From Mobula hypostoma (Eukaryota): DNA of 64,000 bases. This document shows positions 26,445 to 37,956 of the stretch, one piece after another. The notes under the pieces were generated by a model. The model was not told the DNA's origin. It did not search any database and was given only the letters and a program-made list of their open reading frames with translations. Numbering within the stretch: the first letter of the stretch is position 1; the number at the start of each line of letters is the position of its first letter. Location of the stretch: the NCBI RefSeq assembly GCF_963921235.1, contig NC_086109.1, forward strand, positions 37,450,001 through 37,514,000. Direction: 5' to 3'. The position numbers and the translations under genes were made by a program.

Positions 26445-27934
26445 CAGGTGTCCCCCGCTTTTCGCTTTACAAAACCTTGCTGTTACTTAAGACCTACATT
26501 AGTTACCCGTTTTCGCTAACAGAAGGTGTTTTCACTGTTACGAGAAAAAGCAGCACGTGCCCCGAGCAGCCAACCTTCTCCCCCGGAACGGCATTCTCGC
26601 CGGCATTGTTTAAACACGTGCCTGTGAGCAGCCGTTAGCAAGATGAGTTCTAAGGTATCAGAAAAACCTAAAAGAGCTTGTAAGGGTGTTGCACTTAGCG
26701 TAAAACTAGACATAAATAGGCGTTTTGATCATGGTGAACAAAGTAAGGACAAAGTCAGTTTGCCTTGTGGAAGTTGACAAATGTGATGTTGAAGAGGTTT
26801 TGGCATCCCACAACGAAGAACTGATAGATGAAGAGCTGATGCAATTGGAAGAGGAAAGAATAACAATCGAAAGCGAATGCAGTAGCAAACAGACCGAAAG
26901 TGAAGTCGTCCAGGAACTGAACGTGAAGCAACTGCATGAGATGATAGAAAAATGTCAAGCATACTGTCGTTTTTCAAGCCTTCCACATCAGCCACAGCAG
27001 ATGACGAACCTCGACCTTCGACATCGAGGCAGGCAGACACAGAAGATGATGACCTGCCTGCCCTGATGGAAACAGACGACAATGAGATGACACCCCACTG
27101 TCCCACCACCCCAACCCCCGGGCCGCGAACCGACACACTGCCGCGCAGAATGCAGCGGTAGCCGAGACACACCTAACACATCTTTAAGAGGAAAGCCAAA
27201 ATAAACAAGCTTATTAATTGGGTGCCGCCCGGCACGTAAATATCGGCCCAGATCAGAGGCGATTGTCAATTGCGTTGCCTTTGATCAAGGCCGACATTTA
27301 CGTGCCGGGCAGCACCTAATTAATTAGCTTGTTTATTTCAGCTTTTTTCTTAAAGATGTGCTGGGTGCCTCCCGGCCACCGCTGTACCACTGCATTCTCC
27401 GCAGATCGGCATCGGTCGGCAACCTGGAGGTCAGGGACCACTGCACCACCCCAACCTCCGATGACTCAGCCTAACACACAATCATGAGTGTGCTCGGCGC
27501 TGTCTTCCCAATTCCGGTAAGTGATGCTACACTGTAAATACATTATTTCTACTTTATATAGGCTGTGTATTATTGTGTGTTATTTGGTATGATTTCGTAG
27601 CTTCAGAGCTCAAAGGTTATAGGAGACAGTGCTTCTGCCGAGAGTGCTTGCGTGAGATTTTCGTTACAGAGAACAGTGCGGCAATGATTGTAGAAAAGTA
27701 GTTCTACTTTATATAGGCTGTGTACTTACCATATCATTCTGCTTTTACCATATGTTACTGTTATTTTAGGTTTTGTGTTATTTGGCATGATTTGGTAGGT
27801 TATCTTTTTAGGTCTGCGAACGCTCACAAATTTTTCCCATATAAATAAATGATAATTGCTCCTTCACTTTACGACATTCCGGCTTACGAACCGTTTCATA
27901 GGAACGCTCACCTTCGGATGGTGGAGGAAACCCA
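26445..27934 (+). mobile_element. Internally deleted Tigger/pogo-like DNA transposon, inserted into a minus-strand CR1 3' fragment
   Basis: TA-flanked CAGG.. termini (right end eroded). N-terminal remnant MSSKVSEKPKRACKGVALSVKLDINRRFDHGE (CENP-B-like HTH) and acidic remnant DVEEVLASHNEELIDEELMQLEEE. Confidence 0.8.
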
Positions 27935-28859
27935 TATTAGATATTTCAACCCTGGGAAAAAGAAAATGGCTCTCTACTATATCTATGCCTCTTATTATTT
28001 TATAAACTTCTAAAAACTAAACAGGAAGTAAATTCTGCATCTTGCTGATGAATGTAAATATTTGAAAAAAAACAGCATTACAGTTTACTTCAATTTACTT
28101 TAATTGTAGACTAAATTTTAGAGTGGTATTCCATGTAATTTCATTTCTTGAAACCATTATGACTTCCACATTATGTATTTGCTTATATGCTCAATTGAGC
28201 TAAAATAAAAATTAATTTTTGAAAATAGTAACTCAAAACCTCAGCTAATTTCTGTCAGTTAAGATACAATTAGGAGGGGCTGAGACACCAAACTTATGTC
28301 CTTTACATTCTGGTGCCGTTAAACTCCTGGTACAACCAAAATAATTGCAAGAAAATAAATTTCACATATTCAATCCAATCTAAATGCACAAACATTTCTT
28401 CAGCGTACAAAATAATATAACAGTGCACCCATGCTACCTAAAAATTATGTGCTGCACCTCAATTGTCATCCACACCATTCCATTTTGTCTCACCTACATT
28501 TTGTGACCCTGCAGGTCAAAATGTCCACCAGGGCTCCTGTGAAGTACAGCAGTCTGCAAGCAGCATTTCGATCTTCAGATTCACTGCCTACTTAAACTGC
28601 TCTGATCGGCTTTTGACAGCCCATTGCTGTCAAATGCCATTGATTACAAGGTATTTTAGTGGCATTAAAAGGCATTTCAAAACAATTCAAAAGATTTACA
28701 ATCATAAATTTATAAAAAGTTTTTATAAATTTTTGCACAAAACATCTGTGATAATTAAAAATATTATGATTAACTCAAATAAAACGGAAGCAAACCACCT
28801 CCTATTCACCGAAGTCAGAAACCTCATTCAGATGCATCACTGTGTTACATGGGCTAATG

Positions 28860-29095
28860 AAGAAAGATGTTCCTTTAGAACAGAGATGAAGAGGAATTTA
28901 TTTAGCCAGAGAGTAGCTAATGTGTGGAATTTATTGCCACAGATGGCTATGGAGGCCAAGTCGTTAGATATATTTAAAGTGGAAGTTGACAGCATCAAAG
29001 GTTACAGTGAGAAGGCAGGAGAATGGGGTTAAGAGAGATATTAAATTAGCCATGATGGAATGGCCTAATTCTGCTCCTTTGTCTTATGGTCTAAT
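28860..29095 (+). mobile_element. CR1 3' fragment
   Basis: FRTEMKRNLFSQRVANVWNLLP peptide followed by a CR1-type 3'UTR. Confidence 0.8.
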
Positions 29096-29299
29096 GGTAA
29101 AGCTGATGATTAAGATGCAGTGCATCTTGGTTATGGTAACCTTTGTCCTACTATATTTACATTTCTATCACAGAACTACCTTCTGAGAAAAATCAACATT
29201 TTTGAGAATGCCCAATCTTTACGAACTTTGGTAATGTCCTGATTTGAAAAATCAATTTCTGCTGTTGCCTGATTTTTCTAATATGACAGCAGAACATGG

Positions 29300-29910
29300 G
29301 AGTTTTTGGTGTTCTATGTATGACATCAGATCTTGTGCATGTAACTACATCGCTGTTAGCTGCCTCTCATTAGCAACAGTAATGAGTCATCATACAGGAG
29401 TGAGACAAGACACTTGGTCGAATGGTGCCACAATAGCAATCTCTCACTCAGTGTCAGTAACATTAAAGATATGACTGTTGACTTCAGAAAGGGGACGGAG
29501 GATGATCGTGTGCCAATCAAATTCGGTGATTTGGTAGTGGAGAGGATCAGCAGCTTTAAATTCCTGGACATTACCATATCGGATGACCTGTCCTGGACAC
29601 AGCACACAGATATAACCACAGAGAAGGTACACCTGCAGCTTTACTTTTAGAAGGATGAGGAGGACCAGCATGTCACTCAACACTCCAGCAAATTTCTATA
29701 GATGAACTGTTGAAAGTATCTGGACTGGTTGCACCATGGTCTGAAAGGACTACTCAAATGGACAGGAATGCAAGCTGCAGACAGCAGTTAACTCAGCCTA
29801 ATTTGTTAAGGGCACATCCCTCTCCATTACTGGTAGTTTCAATATGAGGCAATGCATCAAGGCAACATCTATCAAGGACACCCACCATCTGAAACATGTC
29901 TGTGCCACCA
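29300..29910 (+). mobile_element. Degenerate Rex1/Babar-like LINE fragment
   Basis: ORF 29414-29650: WCHNSNLSLSVSNIKDMTVDFRK...SFKFLDITISDDLSW. Confidence 0.75.
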
Positions 29911-31409
29911 ATGTTATTTACTATGTCAATGCATTTGGCGAATCGCAATCCTCTAACCCACGTTATGGGCCAAGGAACAAGTACGTTTATTATATTGTAT
30001 TATTGTTCAGGACTATTAATAAAGCATATTACTTAGAGCATATAAAATCTTCTTGGAAGAATTTGACTGCTTTGAATGCAAGTTATACAGTGGCCAGGGT
30101 ATGGATGAAACTGAAACCAAACATGCTGAATAGATCATAGTAGAAAAGTGTTCCAGAGGCAAGCAGCAGGATCAATACAGACAAGGAACACACTTCAGCA
30201 GCAGGGCTAGCAAATGAGTGGAGGTAAAATATCAATGCACAAAATATTAAGTGGTTTGATTGCTAGAAATTGGCAGTGATATTGTACAGGATGATTGTGA
30301 GCAGAGTAACATGTCAGATGAAAGTGGAGGAGGAGAAGAATGATCTGATTCTAAAGCATGCTTCAGGGAGTAGCAACCCTAAATGAGCAATTATCCACTG
30401 CATTAGCAAATCAATGAACAGATGTCACCAATGGTAAAGAGGTACTACTTAAACATTATAAGAACACAACATTAATTAGGCAATGCAGACTGAAGCAAAA
30501 CCAGAACCTAGGGCAGATCAGAACAATGTATTTTAAAATACCTCAACTGTAATAGCTTCCTGGATTTGTAGGTGGTTAAAAGTAAGCGCATATATGTTAA
30601 CATTCCAATGGGGAAATTCATTTCTGTTGTGATGTGCAGCTGATATATTGCAATATTTTTAATGCAAGGTTTAAAAAAAAGAAAAACATTTTTCTACTAC
30701 CAAGAAAGAGGTCAAGTTCTCCTGTCAGACTATATTTATGAAAATCTTCAAGACGAATTGATTACCCTGAATGCCTTATGAGAACTCTGTAAAAACAGGC
30801 AGAAATGTGTAGTAACAGATGTATGAAATACTTAATTGGGTCCAAAAAAGATCATCTGGAATAGTCTTCATTAGTTTTTCAATGGAAGCTAATTGTAATG
30901 GTATCAAAGTTATGGGGCATTGTGGCTTAATAAAATTTGCTTACTGGACACGAAAATAATTATTATTGGAGACTTTTCCTCTCTAGAACATTTCCAGTCC
31001 AAGCCAAGAATGCTAAGACAATGAAAAACATAGATTTATTAGATAATTTTTCTTACCTTCTCCATTGATTTAGTGTTTCATTACTGTAAACTATCCTGTA
31101 AAACAGTAATGCCAATACTAGAGCATACTCAGCAATTCTGATTTGAAACTAGTTCCAGCAATAAAACTACCTGTAAGAGCATTCTAGTGTGTGATCTTCA
31201 CAAAGAACAAAAAAGCAAATGCAGAAAATCTAATATAAAAAATGCAGAATGCTCTAAGTACTCAGCGGATCAAGCTGCATCTTCAAGAAAATTTTAAAAA
31301 TCAATATTATGGGCTAGAGATACCTCATCGAAATTGAAATGGAGAGAAAAGCAGCCTGCAAAGGTGGAAGAGCTCTCGCTGCTTGGATAAATCCAGAGTG
31401 ACATGAGAA

Positions 31410-31705
31410 TAAGCTGCAAACAAGGTTACCTGATAGATGTATATAAAATTATGAGAAACATAGATAAGGGTAGTCAGCTTTTTTTTTAATTTCCCATTGG
31501 TGGAAATGAAATTATTACAGGGAAGATGTAGAAGCTTATATGATACCAGCATTTAAGAGGTATTTAGAAAAGCTCATGAACAGACAGGGAATGGAAGGAT
31601 GTAGACCACGTGTAGGCAGATGGGATTAGTTTTATTTGGTATCATGGTTGGCACATACGTTTTGGGATGAAGGACCTGTTCCTGTGCTGTATTCTTCTAT
31701 GTTTT
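31410..31705 (+). mobile_element. Degenerate CR1 3' fragment
   Basis: gacctgttcctgtgctgtattcttctatgttt 3' terminus and a DLIDVYKIMR-like remnant. Confidence 0.65.
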
Positions 31706-32305
31706 ATCTGGTCATTGTGTGAATGAGAGCAGTTATAGAGTGTGGCAACATAGACAAAAGAACCTAGATAAAAGAATACAGGAGTTGAGAAATGCAGAGA
31801 CCAAACCCAACAGTACAGGTTGCATGTTCTTCATTAAAGAGTGAAAAAACAAGCTAAGTTAATTACGTGGAATGACTGATAAAGACCAAGAAATCAAGTT
31901 ACCTTAAGCTGTATATTATCCATTTAAAAATCTAATTAACAATTAAAATCAATGATAATATGGACCTCCATGTAAAAGCTTTTCCCCTTTACAGAAACAG
32001 AATGTATTTACCACAAAAATAACTTGAATTTCTAAAGCTGGGGAAAGAATTTATGTTGGCTAAGCAGAAGTAATCAAAAGAAAACACAAGTTTAAATGTA
32101 ACCAAAATTTTTTTGCTAGATCATGGCTTTAGTAAGTTAAAAAAGTGGATTGTAGAATTTTGGAAGTGAGCAATGTTACTTAGCTACTTGTCAGCTGAAG
32201 AGGACTAAAACAGTTTGGCAGAGATGGGATATTTAGCATGTTCCCACTGTGCTGTTGACTTTCTATCATGTTTTATGATTTCCTTCCCACATCCCAAATA
32301 CATTA

Positions 32306-32682
32306 CAGTATTTGGAATGTGGGAAGACTGCTCCCTTCCTCTATTCCCGACTCAAACCTTTCACTTTTTCTCACCTGCCTTTTAATTTCCCCTGGGTCCC
32401 CTCCTCCTCTTGTCCACTTTCCTATCAGATTCCTTCTTCTCCAGTACTTGATTTTCCCATCCACCTGGCTTCACCTGTCACCTTCCAACTAGCCTCCTTC
32501 CTCTCCTCACCTTTTTATTTTGGCATCTTCCCCCTTCCTTCTCAGTCCTGAAGAAGGGTCTCAGGCCAAAATGTCGACTGCTTATTCATTTCCATAGATG
32601 CTGCCCAACCTGCTGAGTTCCTCAAGCATTTTGTGTGTGTTGCTTTGGATTTCCAGCATCTTCAGACTTTCTCATGTTTGTG
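32306..32682 (+). mobile_element. Penelope-like terminal repeat inserted into a SINE
   Basis: 10-bp TSD aaatacatta (32296-32305 / 32683-32692); same terminal motifs as 17700-18106. Confidence 0.8.
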
Positions 32683-34391
32683 AAATACATTAAAGATTAA
32701 TTGACAACTGTAAAGTATCCCTTAGTGCAAGGCAAATGAAACAAAAAAGAAGGGAAATTGATGGGTTTGTGAGAGAAAACAAGTTGCAGGGCTGCAAGGA
32801 AATAGGATGATGGGTTTCTTTTAGAAACTGTATGGACCCAATAATAATGGGCCAACCGTGCTCTTAGTTAGTTTATTCCAAAATACACCCAGCAAGAAAT
32901 TTGAAAAGTGCTAAAGAATGCAAAAAAAAATTAAAACACAGATATAGGAGATTTTACACAGCTTAATGAAAAATTATGATGAAATTAGTTATGGAAAGTA
33001 CATGTAGGCAATTTGAGTCTGATTTTTGCTTTGGCTTTTATCAGTTGAGTGGAAAGATACTAAGGAGCAACAATTACTTGTCCTTCAAAGGAAACAGTTG
33101 CTGATACAGTCACATAAGACATAATCTTGACAACTTTCTAGCTAAGCAACAGTTTTACAAAGCTGACAGCTCAAAACAACAAATTCAAATGATCCTCAAT
33201 ACAAGTCCAAAATTAAAATATCACTTGAAAGCACTGAGTTTATCTGTTACTATTTTGAAGATGACTGAAATCTCAATTGCTCTTCAAAGACATGAGAATG
33301 CAAAAATATTGATATTCCAATCTTCAAGGTAAGCTCTGATGATGTAATATACATTTATGTGTTCAATCTAGGGAATGACCATAAATTTTTATTGAGATAA
33401 AATAATGATTGTTGATCTTTAATTAAGTTTCCAGCATTTCAATCTACTGTCATACTGTGTTTGAAATTTCAGAAAGGAAGGAATTGCACTTCACTGAGGA
33501 ATCTGACAATTCAATGCCAACAGTGAATAAATGAAGCTTCCAGAAAAGTTAGCAATATGCTGGTCACAATCCCCTGTTCTTTCCAAACAGAACCTGGCAT
33601 TTAAAAATAAAAATAGCTATTCATCCTATTCCTTTTTGAAGGTACTGATCTATTTTTTTTTCACTCTTACAGAAATTGAATTGTAATTTATGACTTCTTA
33701 AAACATACATAATAAACCCACTTCTGGTCAACGGCTTAAATTTTCTCCCTGATCCTTGAACCATCCATAGTAGGTTTTTTTTCCCTCCAAACTAAATCAG
33801 TCACAATATTCTGTAGTTTCATCAAATAGCCTCTAACCTTCTTTGTTCTGAGATCCACACCAGTTTCTTCACTTTTAACATAAAGTTATAAATACTCATC
33901 CCAGGAGACACTCTACTAAATCTTTTCTCTATCTTTCCAGGATTTTCACATTCTTCCTAATATTACATGACCCAAACAGAAGCAGCTTCAGATTTTCTTT
34001 GTTTGGTACTCCATGCCTCTATTTGCATATCCCAGGATCCCACACTTCATTAATCATTCCTTCAAAATACGTAAACAGCTTCAAGGATTTTGCACAAATA
34101 CAAGATGTTCCAGATCACATTTTAGATTCATACCATGTAGTTTACATTATCTCTCATTCTGTCTGCCAAAATTATAGAGTTAAATGCTATCTACCATTTG
34201 CCTGCTCATTTATTCAACCTGACTTTTTGCAATCCTCCTCACTGTTTACAATTATGGTGCATGTAATCCACAAATTTGAAATTTTATCCTAAAAACCCCT
34301 TACTACATTATTAGCATATCAAAAAAAAAGGACCCAGCAAATGACCACTAGGGAACATCACAATCTGCTTTCCTCCACTGTACAATAACTA

Positions 34392-35189
34392 CAATGAATT
34401 CTGGTTAATTTGACCATTGGTTAATTGGGGCAGCCATTCATTTGGGACAAGTCTTAAACAGCAAAAATGAAATCGAACTGGGTGGGATTCCCTTTGTTTA
34501 TTTGGGACACTATGCCACTTAAATGGGGCAGGAGATTGTTGCTAAACAGTTTCTAACTATTGTCGGTTGCCTGCACTTATGCGGCTGTTATATACAACAA
34601 TGTGCTTAAAGCAAACAGTTTTTAAATAGAGTCAATTGCATATGTTTATGTTCAAAAAGCAATGATTTTTGTCACTGATGGTTGGCAAGAAATAAGCAGT
34701 AAAGCAATATGGAACTATTTTGCTCACTATGGTTTCAAGCATTCCGGTTTGAAGATGCCAGAAATGGCTGGGAGTGAAAATGAAACAATTTCATCAATAC
34801 TTCAACAAGTTAATCATCTTGGATGTTAAGATCAAAATGAAGATTTGGAGAATGCAATCACCTAAAGCATTTTTACAAAGGTAGTCCATTATCTGCACTA
34901 ACTGTCTGTACTGATTTTGTTCATTTAATCAATCAAAACAACATGGCAGATGAATTCCTCCATCGATAACTATAAGGAACGAATAGTTTTATAGTACTGT
35001 AGAGGTACTGATAATGTTCAAATTTGTTTTGTATTTCACTGAAGTACATTAATTGTTACTCAGGTAACAGTAGCTTGTCTTTTTTACACCTTTTAACTAT
35101 TTCCAAGAAACTTCAGCTAATTGTGGCAGCCACTTAATTGGCTGAAAATATATTGGTCTCAATGTGTCTTAATTAACTGGAATCCGCTG
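34392..35189. mobile_element. Non-autonomous DNA transposon, CAGTGGATTCC-TIR family (pogo/Tigger-like), copy 1
   Basis: TIR-like ends and internal similarity to 44452-46233 and 57053-58329. Confidence 0.7.
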
Positions 35190-35539
35190 AATTTATAACT
35201 CCACTTTTCTGCCTTTAATCTAATTTCCTATCTGTCCTAAACATATAATTTTATTTTCCTTGATTTTACTAACCAGCCCCAATTAATGTATTAAATGAAC
35301 TCAAGCATAATCCTGCATAACCCAAATTGTTAACTGGCAAAAAGTAGTAAGGACACAAATGATTCCCTGAAACTATTGGAGATTTTGTATTAAAACTGAG
35401 TACTGTTAACCTGCTTTTTGTCCTTAGATTCCTCTCACTGCTGAAGATGTTAACTTGTTGAGGTAAATACTGGAGATACTTTATTCAACATGAATGCAAG
35501 AATTACAGTTGACTAAGTACCAATTTAGGGAGCCTATGT

Positions 35540-35932
35540 GACTTATTGCTGTATCGGGAAGATGTTACTGAGGTTTTCATTGTTTATGGATATGGCTAAT
35601 CTTATAGCTTTTTATTTTCTGTGTTTTCTCCCATACTTCCTCGGTTTTTGTGCAGGGGAAGGGGTTAGGTGGTCAATGTTCTTTTGACAGTTTGTGTAGG
35701 GAGATAGGAATTGGGGCCGATGTTCCTGTTGTGTTTCATGCAGGGGAGGAGAGTTTGGGTTTTGATGTTCTTGTTGCCCTTATTTCTTATTGCGGGGGTT
35801 GGGGGGGTTGCTGTTTCTCTCTGAATTAACTGCCATGGTTTTCTTTGTTTTGTGGCTATCTGGAGAAGGTGAATCTCAGAGTTGTATACTGCATGCATAC
35901 TTTGATAATAAATGAATCTTTGAACCTTTGAA
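35540..35932 (+). mobile_element. Non-autonomous retroposon with (CTTTGAA)n tail
   Basis: Shares tttgtggctatctgg...gataataaatgaa..tttgaacctttg with the ends at ~41880 and ~51540. Confidence 0.65.
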
Positions 35933-37084
35933 CAATAACAACTTTGTCAGACAAAGTCTGTATACTATGGGTACCTAGTATTCTTAATTGATTTTCATCT
36001 GGTGGAGACAGGAATACAGCTAATGCTTATTTTTTTTTTTAATTGGCTGACTCCTGCAGGAAAATGAGTCATTTGACTTCATGGCTTGAGTATTTCACTA
36101 GATTTAGATCCAATGTGCAAATGATTACATAATTTTACTGATTAGAACTATTGCAGATGCTTGAAACCTCAAATAAACATTGGAATTAAAATGAAAATGC
36201 TATACGTGGGTAGGTAAAATAAGAGCTGAAAAGTATCCAACTTATATAAGATCTATAATTCAGACGGATGCACCTGTTGTTCCTTAGAATGACTTTATAG
36301 CAATTCTGTTTTTTAGATGTAAGTTTAAGTTCAGGCCACTCGAGAAACGAAACATATAACTTGGGCTGAACCGACAGAGTATACTACATGTTTCACTTAC
36401 CCGGTTTCTGGCAGATATTAAACACTACCCTCTGTCTACATAGCTAAAACTCTACCATTTCAATCTTTTAACATACTATATTTTCGCAATCTATTTAGTC
36501 AACTCTTCCTCTGCTTTGAAAACCTTCAAAGACTGCTACTCCAGCAGACCACTCGAACCTGAAACTTCTCCTCCGAAGAACATTAAGACCAATAAATGCA
36601 ACAAGACATAAGACTGCAGATAAGACCATAAGACATAGGATAGAATTAGGCCATTCAGTCCATCGAGTCTGCTCCGCCATCATGGCTGATCCCGGATCCC
36701 ACTCAATCCCATATACCTGCCCTCTCGCCATAGTCTTTGATGCCCTGACCAATCAGGAAACTATCAACTTCCACTTTAAATAAACCGATGGACTTGGCCT
36801 CTACCACAGTCTGTGGCACAGCATTCCACAGATTCACTATTCTCTGGCTAAGAAAATTCCTTCTTACCTCTATTCTAAAAGGTTGCCCCTCAATCAAGAG
36901 GTTGTGCCATCTAGTTCTGGACACTCCCACCATAGGAAACATCGTCTCCACATCCTCTTTATCTAGGCCTTTCAACATTTGGTAGGTTTCAATGAGATCC
37001 CCCCACATTCTTCTAAATTCCAGTGAGTACAGGCCCAAATGCGAAACGCTCTTCATACGTCAACCCCTTCACCCCTGGAATCAT

Positions 37085-37956
37085 AAACACAAAATAATCT
37101 GCAGATGCTGGGGTCAAAGCAACACTCACAACACGCTGGAGGAACTCAGCAGGTCGGGCAGCAACCGTGGAAACGATCAGTCGACGTTTCCGGCCGGAAC
37201 CCTTCGTCAGGACTGTAGAGGGAAAGGGGCAGAGGCCATATAAAGAAGGTGGGGGGGAGGGTGGGAAGGACAAGGCTGGAAGGTTCCAGGTGAAAAACCA
37301 GTAAGGGGAAAGATAAAGGGGTGGGGGAAGGGAGGCAGGGAGGTGATAGGCAGGAAAGGTGAAGAAGGAATAGGGAAAAAGACAATGGGTAGTAGGAGGC
37401 AGAACCATGAGGGGGGTGATAGGCAGTTGGGGGAGGGGGCAGAGTGACATAGGGATAGGGGAAGGGAGGGGAAGGGAATTACCGGAAGTTGGAGAATTCT
37501 ATGTTCATACCAAGGGGCTGGAGACTACCGAGACAGTATATGAGGTGTTGCTTCTCCAACCTGAGTTTAGCCTCATCATGGCAGTAGGGGAGGCCATGTA
37601 TGGATATATCTGAATGGGAGTGGGAAGCAGAGTTGAAGTGGGTGGCTACTGGGAGATCCTGTCTGTTGTGGCAGACGGAGCGGAAGTGCTGGATGAAGCG
37701 GTCCCCCAATCTGCTTCGGGTTTCACCGATGTAGAGGAGGCCGCACCGGGAGCACCGGATGCAATGGATGACCCCAACAGACTCACAAGTGAAGTGTTGC
37801 CTCACCTGGAAGGACTGTTTGGGGCCCTGAATGGTGGCAAGAGAGGAGGTGTAGGGACAGGTGTAGCACTTGCGCTTACAGGGATAAGTGCCAGGTGGGA
37901 GATCCGTGGGGAGGGACGTGTGGACCAGGGAGTAGCAGAGGGACCGATCCCTGAAT
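37085..37956 (-). mobile_element. 5'-truncated Penelope-like element (GIY-YIG endonuclease + terminal repeat)
   Basis: GVIHCIRCSRCGLLYIGETRSRLGDRFIQH; 11-bp TSD cc(t/c)ggaatcat (37074-37084 / 37957-37967). Confidence 0.9.
37178..37215 (-). ncRNA. Minimal type-I hammerhead ribozyme motif (Penelope-associated)
   Basis: CAGUC CUGACGA A GGGUUCCGGCCG GAAA CGUC GACUG: both core boxes, GUC cleavage triplet, perfect 5-bp stem I; the first stem II pair is a G-G mismatch. Confidence 0.75.

Noticed and set aside
28463..29032. 189-aa ORF
   Set aside because: The C-terminal part is a CR1 3' fragment; the rest shows no recognisable homology.
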